Origin: an uncultured Capnocytophaga sp.
GTDB taxonomy: Bacteria > Bacteroidota > Bacteroidia > Flavobacteriales > Flavobacteriaceae
DNA length: 64,000 bases
Direction: 5' to 3'
NCBI GenBank assembly: GCA_963521335.1
Contig: CAUQUO010000006.1
Span: 11,697 to 75,696 of the forward strand
A program made the translations under genes and the position numbers. Shown one piece after another: positions 9,883 through 21,082 of the stretch. The notes beneath the pieces were generated by a model. It ran no database searches. It saw only the letters and a program-made list of their open reading frames with translations, and had not been told where the DNA came from. Every line of letters starts with the position of its first letter. Position 1 is the first letter of the stretch.

Positions 9883-12246
9883 TTACCTACACATCACCAT
9901 AATTGCTCTCTCCTCCCCTTTTTCGTTGATAATCCTTAGTGTGTGGTCGCCTTTTAAAGCAAAGATATTCATCTCGTGAAAGGTTTCTGTAGTGCCCAAA
10001 AAAGTATCGTCTAAATACCAAAAAACCTTACCTTCTCTATTGGCAGCTTTCGCCGTAAAAGGTTGCTGTTTCCCTCCAAAAGTTTTAGTGGTGTAGAGTA
10101 CACTTTGGTGTTTAGGGTAAACAAAATCCAACCCTCTCTGCAAATTATTCTGTATACAATCTGAACGAAATGGTGGCAACGGCTGGTAATGAATATGTTG
10201 TTGTTTATAATACCACTCCATTACAGGAGGCAATACAAACCACGCCTTATTTACAATATTTTGTGGCAATTCACACGAGCTATTCACCTGATACTGCTCC
10301 TCACGATCAAGATGTACCAACTTGTGATATGGGCATTGTCCCACTTCCTTAGGAGCCAGATTACTGAGCACCGTCCGCTTAGGGCATTCTCCTTTAGCTA
10401 AAAACCCCGAATCAGCACATACCTGTACTTCTCTTAAATCATCTAAAGGAGGCGAAAACCACGATGTCGTAGGAAGCACATTAAAAATACTAAACATCAA
10501 AGGTGCCGCATAAGTAGCCCCCGTAAGAGAAGGCCTACCCTCCCCTGTCGCATTTCCTACCCACACCGCTACTACATATTCTGGTGTAGCTCCTATCGCC
10601 CACGCATCTTTATTGCCAAAACTCGTCCCCGTTTTCCACGCTATCTTCCGTGCCGACTCATAATAACGCCACGCCACATCATCTGTAGGGCGATTCACTT
10701 CCTTCATCGCACTAAACATCTTATAGAGCGCTCCAGCCCTAATTATAGGTAGCTCACGCGTCTTATCTCCAAAATCCAATTCCTGCCCTTCTACGTATCG
10801 CAAAGACTGAAACTCCTTGGTTCGATAGTATCGCCTATGGGCAAAAACCTCTGTCTCCGAAGCTAAGTTAGTATATGCTTGTGCCAAATCCCACAAATTA
10901 CTCTCTGCTCCTCCCAATATGATAGAAAGCCCATAATGATCAGGATGACGATTGATATTCCTTAACCGAAGATGTTGCAATACATCGTAAAAACGATAAG
11001 TAGTAAATTGCTTTAAAAGCCATACAAACGGAATATTCAGCGACTTTGCCAAAGCCATATCTGCCCCTACAGCCCCTTCAAAACTATTACTAAAATTCTG
11101 TGGCGAATACCCCCCTATCTGGGTAGGTATATCTGGCACTAATTGGGTGGGCAAAAGCTCTCCCTCGTGTAGCATCGCCGCATAGAGAAAAGGTTTGAGC
11201 ACACTCCCCGTACTACGAGGCGCATGAACGATATCTACATCCTTCTGATGGTCTGTATCTGTCGGACTATTACCTATATAAGCCCGTACTTTGCGCGTCT
11301 TCACCTCTACTACCAAAGCCGCCATATTATAAATCTCCGATTGAGAATAATGAGAGTAATAACCTGCTACAATACTATTTATTTTCTCTTGCAGAGGAAG
11401 CTGAACCGTAGTGGTAAGCCGTGTACCTGAATGTTTCTTTGTAGCATATGTCAATAAATGAGGTGCAATTTGCGGAATAGGATGTGGCTCCGTAGGTAGA
11501 GGTTCTAAAAGAGCTAAATTATATGTTTCCTTGTCAATAATTTTTTCGTTGTAAAGTTTATAAAGTAACGCATTGCGCTTTTGTAAAAGACGCTGCTGAT
11601 TCTTACCAGGAAAGATAAGACTTGGTGCATTAGGTAGCACTGCTAGCGTAGCCGATTGTGCCCACGAAAGCTGATGTGGTGCTACCCCAAAGTAACGCCA
11701 CGACGCCATATCAAGCCCCACTACATTACCCCCAAAAGGCGCATGAGATGCATAGAGCTTAAGTATACTCTCTTTAGAATAACGAAACTCCAAACGGGTA
11801 GCCCATATCATCTCTATAAGTTTTTCAAAATAAGTACGCTCTTGATGCTCTCGAGCTATCCGTATCACCTGCTGGGTCAGCGTACTACCTCCCCTCGTAA
11901 TCCTACCCTTGCTTACATTGCGATACAACGCTTTCCCTACCGATATAGGATTTACTCCCCAATGCTGATAAAAATGCGCATCTTCAAACTGCAATACCGA
12001 CATTTTAAAACGGTATGGCACACTGTCTACTTCTGGAAAACGCCATTGCCCATCTGTTGCTATTACTGCCCCCAACAATTCTCCTTCGGCACTCTCCAAT
12101 ACCGTAGCATAAGGCTGTGGGAATAACTCTCGAGGCAAACAAAAAATATACCATACAAGGCATGCTAATGTTATTACCGCCTTTATAGGGTGCTTGAGCA
12201 CTTTCCTCTTCCCCCAAGAGTACATATATACTAAGCATTTCTTCAT
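9883..12246 (-). CDS. pbpC: Penicillin-binding protein 1C
   Basis: DGQWRF, FEDAHF, GGSTLTQQ, GSVLKP, SLN and KTGTS motifs plus a C-terminal beta domain. Confidence 0.93.
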   Translation of the reverse strand: MKKCLVYMYSWGKRKVLKHPIKAVITLACLVWYIFCLPRELFPQPYATVLESAEGELLGAVIATDGQWRFPEVDSVPYRFKMSVLQFEDAHFYQHWGVNPISVGKALYRNVSKGRITRGGSTLTQQVIRIAREHQERTYFEKLIEMIWATRLEFRYSKESILKLYASHAPFGGNVVGLDMASWRYFGVAPHQLSWAQSATLAVLPNAPSLIFPGKNQQRLLQKRNALLYKLYNEKIIDKETYNLALLEPLPTEPHPIPQIAPHLLTYATKKHSGTRLTTTVQLPLQEKINSIVAGYYSHYSQSEIYNMAALVVEVKTRKVRAYIGNSPTDTDHQKDVDIVHAPRSTGSVLKPFLYAAMLHEGELLPTQLVPDIPTQIGGYSPQNFSNSFEGAVGADMALAKSLNIPFVWLLKQFTTYRFYDVLQHLRLRNINRHPDHYGLSIILGGAESNLWDLAQAYTNLASETEVFAHRRYYRTKEFQSLRYVEGQELDFGDKTRELPIIRAGALYKMFSAMKEVNRPTDDVAWRYYESARKIAWKTGTSFGNKDAWAIGATPEYVVAVWVGNATGEGRPSLTGATYAAPLMFSIFNVLPTTSWFSPPLDDLREVQVCADSGFLAKGECPKRTVLSNLAPKEVGQCPYHKLVHLDREEQYQVNSSCELPQNIVNKAWFVLPPVMEWYYKQQHIHYQPLPPFRSDCIQNNLQRGLDFVYPKHQSVLYTTKTFGGKQQPFTAKAANREGKVFWYLDDTFLGTTETFHEMNIFALKGDHTLRIINEKGEERAIMVMCR

Positions 12247-14039
12247 TATTTTATATCAATTTCATTGTGAAAATAGTCATACACTTTCTTTCCTCTGAAA
12301 CCTGCCACTTGCTCTAGTTCTTCCTTTGTAGCCTCTCGCATTCGCTTTATTGATTTAAAATGTTGCAAAAGAATTTCTTTCGTCTTATCTCCTATCCCCT
12401 GCACACTATCCAATTCCGATACTATTGCCGATTTACTGCGCTTCTGGCGGTGAAAAGTAATACCAAAACGATGAGCTTCATCTCGCAATTGCTGAATGAT
12501 GCGCAAAGTCTCAGAACGTTTGTCTAAATATAGCGGAATACTATCTCCCGGAAAATAAATCTCTTCCAAACGCTTTGCTATACCTATAATAGCTATTTTT
12601 CCTCGCAATTCCAGCTGTTCTAAAGCCTTCAATGCTGATGAAAGTTGCCCTTTACCTCCATCTATGATAATAAGTTGAGGCAGGGGTTGCTCTTCATCTA
12701 ATAAACGACGATAACGCCGATACACCGCCTCTTCCATAGAAGCAAAATCATTAGGCCCTTCTACTGTTTTTACATTAAAATGTCGATAGTCTTTCTTGCT
12801 CGGCTTCGCATTCTTAAATACCACACAAGCCGATACAGGATTTGTCCCTTGTATATTAGAATTATCAAAACATTCTATATGCACAGGCGGAACTGATAAA
12901 TGTAAATCTCGCTGCATCTGGGTGAGAATACGATTCGTATGTCGTTCAGGATCTACTATTTTTTCTTGCTTAAACCTATCTTGCCGAAAATGCTTAGCAT
13001 TGCGCAAAGAGAGTTCTAGTAGTTGCTTCTTTTCTCCTGCTTTTGGAATTGTAGCTTGCAAATCTTCTGGAAGTGTTACCTCAAAAGGCAATATAACCTC
13101 TTTTGAGGTCGAGAAAAAACGCTCTCGTATATCAATAATAGCATATTCCAAAAGCTCCCTATCTGTTTCTTCCAATTTCTTCTTAATCTCAATAGTATGC
13201 GCTCGCACAATAGCTCCATAAGATACCTGCAAAAAATTTACATAACCATATTCCTCATCCGATACAATAGAAAACACATCTACATTACTTATCTTACTGC
13301 TTACAATAGTAGATTTGGCTTGATAGTTCTCCAAACTCTGTATCTTTTGCTTGATAAGATGTGCCTCTTCAAAACGCATCTCCGAGGCCAAAGCCATCAT
13401 CTCTTCTTTAAATTTATGCAATGCATCTTTAAAATTACCTTTGAGTATTTCTATTATCTGCTGTATACTCTCATTGTAATCTTCTTCACTCTGATATCCT
13501 TCACAAGGCCCCTTACAATTCTTTAAATGATATTCCAAACACACTTTAAACTTGTGGTTTGAAATGTTTTGACTCGATAAATCATGAGTACAATTGCGCA
13601 ACGGAAAAAGCTCTTTTATCAATTCCAAAAGCGTATGTACTGTCTTCATACTCGTATAAGGACCAAAATATAGCGAACCATCTTTTATTACCCTACGCGT
13701 AGAAAACACTCGTGGATAACGCTCTTTCTTTACACAGATCCAAGGATAGCTCTTATCGTCTTTCAGAAGAATATTATAACGCGGTTGATACTTCTTTATT
13801 AGGTTGTTTTCTAGTAGTAAGGCATCGCTCTCTGTCTCTACAACTATATGCTCTATACGCACAATTTTCTTTACCAAAATACGCGTCTTGGCATTGTCGT
13901 GATCTTTCTGAAAATAAGAAGAAACCCGCTTCTTAAGATTGACGGCTTTCCCTACATAAATAAGCGTATCGGTTGCATCGTAAAACTGATATACTCCTGG
14001 ATTTGTAGGCAAAGTTTGTAATTGAATATCTATAGACAC
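12246..14039 (-). CDS. uvrC: Excinuclease ABC subunit C
   Basis: PGVY...IYVGKAVNLKKRVSSYF, ECFDNSN, IDGGKGQ, RDEAHRF and HhH motifs. GTG start. Confidence 0.97.
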   Translation of the reverse strand: MSIDIQLQTLPTNPGVYQFYDATDTLIYVGKAVNLKKRVSSYFQKDHDNAKTRILVKKIVRIEHIVVETESDALLLENNLIKKYQPRYNILLKDDKSYPWICVKKERYPRVFSTRRVIKDGSLYFGPYTSMKTVHTLLELIKELFPLRNCTHDLSSQNISNHKFKVCLEYHLKNCKGPCEGYQSEEDYNESIQQIIEILKGNFKDALHKFKEEMMALASEMRFEEAHLIKQKIQSLENYQAKSTIVSSKISNVDVFSIVSDEEYGYVNFLQVSYGAIVRAHTIEIKKKLEETDRELLEYAIIDIRERFFSTSKEVILPFEVTLPEDLQATIPKAGEKKQLLELSLRNAKHFRQDRFKQEKIVDPERHTNRILTQMQRDLHLSVPPVHIECFDNSNIQGTNPVSACVVFKNAKPSKKDYRHFNVKTVEGPNDFASMEEAVYRRYRRLLDEEQPLPQLIIIDGGKGQLSSALKALEQLELRGKIAIIGIAKRLEEIYFPGDSIPLYLDKRSETLRIIQQLRDEAHRFGITFHRQKRSKSAIVSELDSVQGIGDKTKEILLQHFKSIKRMREATKEELEQVAGFRGKKVYDYFHNEIDIK

Positions 14040-14064
14040 AGCAAAAAATTAATATTTGATAATT

Positions 14065-14098
14065 AAAAAGAGGCTGTCCTTTCGGGCAACCTCTTTTT
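14065..14098 (-). terminator. Intrinsic terminator downstream of the ompA-like gene
   Basis: AAAAAGAGG...CCTCTTTTT hairpin with A/T tails. Confidence 0.75.
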
Positions 14099-14125
14099 AT
14101 GTGTATAAAAGAGTTAGAGAAACAA

Positions 14126-15493
14126 CTATTTTACTAAGTTGATTTCAACACGACGGTTAAGCTCTCTACCTTTCTTAGTTTTGTTTGATGCAATTGGTTT
14201 TTCAGGACCGAAACCTTTAGCTGTTAAACGAGCAGGGTTGATACCTTTATCAATTAAGTAAGCCTTAACTGAGTAAGCTCTATCTTCAGAAAGTTTTTGG
14301 TTTTTAGCTTTGTTACCAGTTGTATCTGTATAACCTTCTATTGAGAATTTAGCATTTTTGTATTCGTTCAATACTTCAACGATGCTATTCAATACATCAG
14401 CAGATTGTGGTCTGATTGTCGCTTTGTTTACATCAAACAAGATTGTTCTTGCAAAATTGTTTAATTTAACTTGAACATCTGGAGTTACTTCAGGACAACC
14501 ATTGTTAGATGCAGGTCCTGGTTTATCAACACACTCGTCATCTTTGTCAAGTACACCATCTCCATCTGTATCTGGCCAAGGGCAACCATTGTTTTCTTTT
14601 GGTCCAGCTACATCTTTACATTGGTCTACGTTATCTGGCACACCGTCACCATCTGTATCAGGGCAACCATTGAATTCTGGTTTACCAGCTTCATCTGGAC
14701 AAGTGTCATCTTTGTCTGCTACACCATCTCCATCTCTATCTGGGCATCCTTTAAATTCAGGAAGACCAGCTTCATCTGGACATTGGTCATCTTTATCAGC
14801 AATTTTATCTCCATCTCTATCTGGACAACCTTTTAGTTCTTTTAGACCTGCGTCATCTGGGCAAAGATCATCTTTATCTGCTACACCATCTTTATCACGG
14901 TCTTTTTTACCAAATTTAATGGTAATACCTGCTGCGTGTTGGAAATAATCTTCTTTAGAATCTGATTTGAAGGTAGGATGATAAGCTGTTTGCAAGTTGA
15001 TACCTATGTTCTCTGTAAACCAAAAGTTTACTCCACCGCCTCCTAAAGCGCGGAATTTACCTTCGTTATCAATAGCAGCATAACCACCTCCTACTTGCAA
15101 AAATGGATCAAACCATTTTACTTTCTCTTTGTTCCAAAGTGATCTAAGATGGTATTGCAAAGCTAAGTCTGCTGACCAAAATGATAAATCTACTTTTTCA
15201 CCATCTTTAACATAACCGAAGCCTTTTTCGATTTTGTTCAATGACCCAGATAATTCAGCTGAAAAACCTGCTCCGATGTATCTACCTACTGAGAGACGTG
15301 AAACAGCTGGAAGGATATTGATATCGCTCGGACCTCCCCAGTCTTTCATTAAGTCCCCAAATGCATCAGGTGTACGAATATCAACGGAGTTTACTCCAAA
15401 TCCTATTTGCCAAGGACTGTTTTCATCTTGTGCTTGAACTCCTACTGAAAAAGCAGCAGCCAAAGCAAATAAAGTTAATTTGATTTTCTTCAT
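14126..15493 (-). CDS. OmpA family outer membrane protein with thrombospondin type-3 repeats
   Basis: Signal peptide, beta-barrel, five DxDxDGxxDxxDxC repeats and an OmpA C-domain ([15 protein letters not shown]). Confidence 0.93.
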   Translation of the reverse strand: MKKIKLTLFALAAAFSVGVQAQDENSPWQIGFGVNSVDIRTPDAFGDLMKDWGGPSDINILPAVSRLSVGRYIGAGFSAELSGSLNKIEKGFGYVKDGEKVDLSFWSADLALQYHLRSLWNKEKVKWFDPFLQVGGGYAAIDNEGKFRALGGGGVNFWFTENIGINLQTAYHPTFKSDSKEDYFQHAAGITIKFGKKDRDKDGVADKDDLCPDDAGLKELKGCPDRDGDKIADKDDQCPDEAGLPEFKGCPDRDGDGVADKDDTCPDEAGKPEFNGCPDTDGDGVPDNVDQCKDVAGPKENNGCPWPDTDGDGVLDKDDECVDKPGPASNNGCPEVTPDVQVKLNNFARTILFDVNKATIRPQSADVLNSIVEVLNEYKNAKFSIEGYTDTTGNKAKNQKLSEDRAYSVKAYLIDKGINPARLTAKGFGPEKPIASNKTKKGRELNRRVEINLVK

Positions 15494-15674
15494 ACTTAAA
15501 AAATGAATTTTGATTACTATTTAAATTTTGGCGCAAATATAAGCATTATTTTCATACTACCTCATTTTAAAGCAACTTTTTTATTAATTTTAACATTTCT
15601 ACTGCTTTAAAATAATCGAAAAAACTACCTTCTATCTGCACTTTTATCCTTACATATATCTGAAAACTAATGTT

Positions 15675-18600
15675 TTACAACCACTTCACTAAAGCAAAGT
15701 CTTGTCGATGAGGCAATAACTCATTTTTAGGAAATATTCTTATCGCCAATTGCAACGCTCCCGGATATTCCGAAGCTATCTCTAGCTGATAGGTCGCCTT
15801 ATTACCTTCTTGACCTGCCACTTCAAATTCATTCCTCGATAGCACCTTCATCTTATCTTCCTTCTGTTCCGCTACTACCAATTCTACTCCTATATCCTCT
15901 GCCCGCAATTCCCCAAGCTCTAAGGTTATTTCTCCTTTATAGGTCTTGCCTATCGAAATAAGCTGCTCATTCCTATTAGGCACTTTAAAACTCACTACTT
16001 TTATATTATCCCATTCCTGTGTTACCTTGCGCTTCCAATTCGAAAGTGCTATAGCTGTAGCAAAATGACCCTCTTTTAGCTCTCTTACACGCTTTGTCAT
16101 CGGATAATAATACTGATTTTCATAATCTGTAAGCATACGCGTAGTAGTAAAGTTCACCGCTACTTTCGCTATTGTATTCTTGATAAGGGCACACCAGCGT
16201 GGCGAAATGCCATCTTTGTTCTTATCATAAAATATAGGCGCTATCTCATCCTCTATAATATTGTAAATCATCTCCGCATCCATCTCATCTTGATACTGCT
16301 GATTTTCATAAGCTCGCTCCATAGGTAGCGCCCAGCCAGCATCTTCACGGTAGCCTTCTACCCACCAGCCATCAAGCACACTGAAATGCATCACTCCATT
16401 CATCGCCGCCTTTTCTCCACTAGTCCCCGAGGCTTCAAGTGGTCGCGTAGGCGTGTTCATCCATACATCTACCCCCTGTACCATATGGCGCGCAAGCTCC
16501 ATATCGTAGTTGGGTATAAACAATATCTTCCCTAAAAACTGTGGCAACTTAGAGATTTCTACTATATTCTTAATCAAATCTTGCCCCGCCTTATCCGCAG
16601 GGTGCGCTTTCCCCGCAAATACAAACTGCACTGGCCGTTCCGGATTGTTCACTATCTTATCCAATCGCTCTATATTTGTAAATAGCAAATGGGCTCGCTT
16701 GTATGTCGCAAAACGCCGCGCAAAACCTATCGTCAAAATATCTTCCCGCAAGTTCTCCTTGATTTCTACCAACTGGCGCGGAGAAAAATAAGGCGTATTC
16801 TTTTCCAATCGCAACTTCTGCTCTACCTTGCGTACTAACTTAGCCCTAAGCGCTGTCTTTATATCCCATACTCGCTGGTCTGATACCTTATATATACCTT
16901 CAAAACTCTTAGGATCATAGTGATGCGCCTTATAATCTTTCCCAAAAACCTCATTCTCTACTTCCTTCCACAAGCCTGCCGTCCAAGTAGGTTGATGCAC
17001 CCCATTAGTTACATAACTGATATGAAGCTCCTCTGGCATATAACCAGGCCACAAATCTTTGAGTATATCCTTGCTCACCTCTCCGTGTAGCCAGCTTACC
17101 CCATTTACCTCTTGCGATAAATTTGCCGCAAGATTGCTCATCGAAAATTTCTCATAAGGGTTTTGCAAGTTTATCTTGCCCAAAGCCAATATCTGCTCCC
17201 AATTTACATGCAAACTCTCTGTATAATTGCCTAAATAGGCTCTTAGCAATCCTTCCTCAAAAGCATCATGCCCCGCAGGAACTGGCGTATGTGTAGTAAA
17301 AAGCGACGACGCTCGCACCACTTCCATCGCTTCCGAGAATGAAAGATGTTCATTCTGTATATATTCACTCAAGCGCTCCAAACCTATAAACGCTGCATGA
17401 CCTTCATTACAATGATATATATCACTATCGATACCTAACTTGCGCAACATCTTGATACCTCCTAAGCCCAATAACATCTCTTGTTTGAGTCGGTTCTCCC
17501 AATCTCCTCCATACAAATGGTGCGTTATAGAGCGGTCATCTTCTCGGTTGTTCTCAAAATCTGTATCAAGCAAATAAAGCTCTATCCTACCTACGTCCAC
17601 ACGCCATACTCGTGCGTAAAGTGTTCTCCCTGGCAACTCTATCGAGATAATAACCCATTTGCCTGTCTCTGTGTCAAATACTGGCGTTACTGGTATCTTC
17701 GAGAAATCTTGTGCCTCATAGTCCGCCTCTTGATTGCCTGCCGAAGATAACTTCTGCGTGAAATAACCATAACGATATAATAACCCTACCCCTGTAATCT
17801 TGGTAGCCTTATCACTCGCTTCTTTTAAATAATCTCCCGCCAATATACCCAAACCTCCTGAATAAATCTTCAAAGACGAATGCAATCCATATTCCATACT
17901 AAAATATGATACTGAAGGACTTACCATTTCCGCTTTTTTAGACATATATTCCTGAAAATCAGAATATACTTTAGAAAGATTACGCATATAGTTACGGTCT
18001 TCTTCCAATTCTTTATAACGCTTCACCGAAATACTGTCAAGCAAAGCTATTGGGTTCTTACGTACCTCTACCCATTTCTGCGGATCTACATATTTAAATA
18101 CTTCATAGGCCTCATCATTCCAGCACCACCATAAATTCTTAGCAAGCTCCTCTAGAGGTTGCAATGCTTCTGGTATCGCACGATGGATAATCACACTGCG
18201 CCAGTTGGGGGTATTCACTACCTTCGATTTCTCCAAATAAGCTACCCCTTCTGTCTCTACTGGTGGCAAGCTCTCTACCCTATCTTCTATATTCTCAAGC
18301 GTTAGCTCATAACACTTAATATAATACTGTACTAAATTCTTCCAAAGCGCTATCTCCGATACCTTGCCCGACATTGCTCGAAGTTCTTCAAATTCAGCAT
18401 CTTTTGTGTCTAATAAACGCTGTATATTCTTCGTGATTGCCCCTACTATATCTCCATAATTGCTATCCGTGCGCTTCACTACCTCTATAGCACTCTGCTT
18501 CCCTGGGTAATAATCATTTACCCATTTGCCAAATCCTGCCAATGTAGTCGTAATAGTAGGCACCCTGAATGCCAAACTTTCAAGCGGTGTATAACCCCAT

Positions 18601-19919
18601 GGCTCATAATAAGAAGGAAAGGCTGTCCCATCTAATCCTATCAATAAATCGTAATAAGAAAGATTAAATACTCCATCATTCCCGTTGAGATAGCTCGGAC
18701 AATAAATCACCTTTACCTTATCTTCCTTGCGATTGAAAAGCTGTTGCTCATAAATACGTTGCATAATCACATCGTGATACACATCTGGCAATATATGTGT
18801 CAAATGCTTTTGCTCATTTACAACCGTATGTTCTGGGTTGTGCAAATTATTCAGCAACCCCTGATGTGGTGCCTCATGAGCCGTAGGAATTAATATATAA
18901 GCCAAAAGCTCCTCCTTGTTCTTCGAATTCCTATTCAGCGCTCCCAAAGCATCTATAAAGGCATCTATACCCTTATTGCGAAACTCATATCTGCCACTGA
19001 TGGCTACTATCTTCGTCCTTGCATCAATAGATTGCCCCAATAAAGCCTGCGCTACCTCTACAAGCTTGCGCTTAGCCTTCTCTCGCTTCTTCTCAAAATC
19101 CTTCTCTGTAGGTATTATCTTGTCATCAAAACCATTAGGCGTAATAATATCTACCTTCCTATCCAAAAAATGAATAGCTTCCTCAGCCGTAATCTCACTC
19201 ACTGTCGTAAAACAATCTGCTACCTTCGCAGTCTCTTTCTCAAGAAAATGCTTGTGCTGCACCCCAAAACGATAAGCCATCTCTTCTGGATTATAATCCT
19301 TCATCGTATTATATAGCGGATAACCATTCCCCGCTATAGAGCGCCCTACTACTGTAGCATGTGTGGTAAATACCGAACCTATCTTCGGCATCGTTTCCTC
19401 CAAATAAAGCAACGCACTACCTGTCATCCATTCGTGAAAATGACAAATCACATTCTCACGCGAAGCCGTATTAAACTTCACAAAACTCTCTATCACCTTC
19501 CCTACTGCATAACCAAATAATACCGACTCTACATAATCCCACGGACTATTAAATGAATCTAACTTGTAGTTATCCCAGTAGTAACGCAAAATATCACTCT
19601 TGGCACTTACATAATGCGAGAAATCCACCAATATAACAATAGGATTTCCCTCTATCTTCCAGTTCCCTACTCTCACTCGCAAACCCTCTGAGGCCGCCTT
19701 CGCACGCCACGACTTAAATAGATCTGCATTCTCTACAAACTCTTTGTTCTCATTGTGCTGCCAAATATCAGGACCTATAAGAATATACTTACTCCTGAAT
19801 TGCTTTACAATACTCGGTGCTTTGGTAGCTATTACAGTATGAATACCACCTACTTTGTTACATACTTCCCAACTCGTCTCAAATACATAGTCAGGGTTTA
19901 GTTTCTTTGTAATGCTCAT
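15675..19919 (-). CDS. Fused GT3 glycogen synthase / GT35 alpha-glucan phosphorylase
   Basis: N-terminal half has WEVCNKVGGI, GRYEFRNKG and PSYYEPWGYTP. C-terminal half has YSGGLGILAGD, ARRFATYKR and EASGTSGEK. Confidence 0.92.
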   Translation of the reverse strand: MSITKKLNPDYVFETSWEVCNKVGGIHTVIATKAPSIVKQFRSKYILIGPDIWQHNENKEFVENADLFKSWRAKAASEGLRVRVGNWKIEGNPIVILVDFSHYVSAKSDILRYYWDNYKLDSFNSPWDYVESVLFGYAVGKVIESFVKFNTASRENVICHFHEWMTGSALLYLEETMPKIGSVFTTHATVVGRSIAGNGYPLYNTMKDYNPEEMAYRFGVQHKHFLEKETAKVADCFTTVSEITAEEAIHFLDRKVDIITPNGFDDKIIPTEKDFEKKREKAKRKLVEVAQALLGQSIDARTKIVAISGRYEFRNKGIDAFIDALGALNRNSKNKEELLAYILIPTAHEAPHQGLLNNLHNPEHTVVNEQKHLTHILPDVYHDVIMQRIYEQQLFNRKEDKVKVIYCPSYLNGNDGVFNLSYYDLLIGLDGTAFPSYYEPWGYTPLESLAFRVPTITTTLAGFGKWVNDYYPGKQSAIEVVKRTDSNYGDIVGAITKNIQRLLDTKDAEFEELRAMSGKVSEIALWKNLVQYYIKCYELTLENIEDRVESLPPVETEGVAYLEKSKVVNTPNWRSVIIHRAIPEALQPLEELAKNLWWCWNDEAYEVFKYVDPQKWVEVRKNPIALLDSISVKRYKELEEDRNYMRNLSKVYSDFQEYMSKKAEMVSPSVSYFSMEYGLHSSLKIYSGGLGILAGDYLKEASDKATKITGVGLLYRYGYFTQKLSSAGNQEADYEAQDFSKIPVTPVFDTETGKWVIISIELPGRTLYARVWRVDVGRIELYLLDTDFENNREDDRSITHHLYGGDWENRLKQEMLLGLGGIKMLRKLGIDSDIYHCNEGHAAFIGLERLSEYIQNEHLSFSEAMEVVRASSLFTTHTPVPAGHDAFEEGLLRAYLGNYTESLHVNWEQILALGKINLQNPYEKFSMSNLAANLSQEVNGVSWLHGEVSKDILKDLWPGYMPEELHISYVTNGVHQPTWTAGLWKEVENEVFGKDYKAHHYDPKSFEGIYKVSDQRVWDIKTALRAKLVRKVEQKLRLEKNTPYFSPRQLVEIKENLREDILTIGFARRFATYKRAHLLFTNIERLDKIVNNPERPVQFVFAGKAHPADKAGQDLIKNIVEISKLPQFLGKILFIPNYDMELARHMVQGVDVWMNTPTRPLEASGTSGEKAAMNGVMHFSVLDGWWVEGYREDAGWALPMERAYENQQYQDEMDAEMIYNIIEDEIAPIFYDKNKDGISPRWCALIKNTIAKVAVNFTTTRMLTDYENQYYYPMTKRVRELKEGHFATAIALSNWKRKVTQEWDNIKVVSFKVPNRNEQLISIGKTYKGEITLELGELRAEDIGVELVVAEQKEDKMKVLSRNEFEVAGQEGNKATYQLEIASEYPGALQLAIRIFPKNELLPHRQDFALVKWL

Positions 19920-20343
19920 TATAATTGGTTGTTAGTCTTTTCTTTGGTTAAATGTTTTTTATCTAAATAATACTCTATTAAGAGAAGAATTATAATCTAT
20001 AAGTTAACTCAAGCCTTAATTAGCATTAATAATCAATAGTTGAAATCAGTGCAAAGATACAATTTTTTTTTGATTGCAAACCTTTTTTCATAAAATATTA
20101 ACCCAAAACAGAAAATTTTTCTCCCTCCTCCTCTCTACATCTCCCCTATACCCACACTATACCTACCCATCTGATTTTAACCCCTTGCCCTCCTCCAAGC
20201 TCCTTTACTTATTACCTCTCTAATTCAATAATTTACCTATCCACCTATTCTCTCTTCTGCTAATTTTAAAATTTACTAATTCCAAAATTTGCCTCTTCAA
20301 AAAAATCTCCGTACATTTGTCCGATTTTTCTAATAAAAACACT

Positions 20344-21051
20344 ATGAAAGTAACTTATTTAGGACACGCTTGCGTAAACATAAACATCGATGGAACCTAC
20401 TTCCTTGTAGACCCTTTCATCACCCCAAACCCCTTGGCCAAGCATATCGATGTAGATAGCATCAAAGCCGATTATATCCTCATCACTCACGCTCACCAAG
20501 ACCACATCGCCGATGTAGAACGAATAGCAAAAAATACAGGCGCTCAACTCATTACAAACCCCGAAATCCTATCTCACTACGAGGCGCTCGGCCTCAAAGG
20601 CCACGCTATGAACCTCGGAGGGTCTCACCGCTTTGTAAACGGAAAAGTCAAAATAAAAATGATTAAAGCCGAACACTCCTCTTCTTTCCCCGATGGCTCC
20701 TATGGCGGAAACCCCGCTGGTTTCCTTATCGACTTCAACGAAGAAACTATCTATATCTCAGGTGATACCGCCCTACACTACGATATGAAAATTATCCCTC
20801 ACCAATACAAAATCAACTTAGCCATCCTTCCTATTGGCAACAACTATACTATGGGCGTACGCGATGCCCTCACCGCAGCTGAGTTCGTAGATACTAATAA
20901 CGTGCTCGGAGTCCATTACGATACTTTCCCTGTTATAAAAATCAATAAAGAAGCCTCTAAACAAAAATTTAAAGACGGCCACCGTAGACTACACCTCATT
21001 GATATAGGAGATACTCTCGACCTCAATGACCTTAATATCAACAAACTCTAA
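20344..21051 (+). CDS. Metallo-beta-lactamase-fold metal-dependent hydrolase (UPF0173-like)
   Basis: YLGHAC, VDPF, THAHQDH, SGDT and HYDTFP motifs. Confidence 0.88.
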   Translation: MKVTYLGHACVNINIDGTYFLVDPFITPNPLAKHIDVDSIKADYILITHAHQDHIADVERIAKNTGAQLITNPEILSHYEALGLKGHAMNLGGSHRFVNGKVKIKMIKAEHSSSFPDGSYGGNPAGFLIDFNEETIYISGDTALHYDMKIIPHQYKINLAILPIGNNYTMGVRDALTAAEFVDTNNVLGVHYDTFPVIKINKEASKQKFKDGHRRLHLIDIGDTLDLNDLNINKL

Positions 21052-21082
21052 ACTAATAAACAAAAACTGTAATTTATAAACA

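Noticed and set aside
14500..14910. Repeating DNA pattern resembling a CRISPR or repeat array
   Set aside because: These are in-frame TSP3 repeats of the OmpA protein; there are no identical repeats with unique spacers.
20344..21051. Possible beta-lactamase resistance gene
   Set aside because: The motif pattern and lack of a signal peptide fit a housekeeping UPF0173-like MBL-fold hydrolase.
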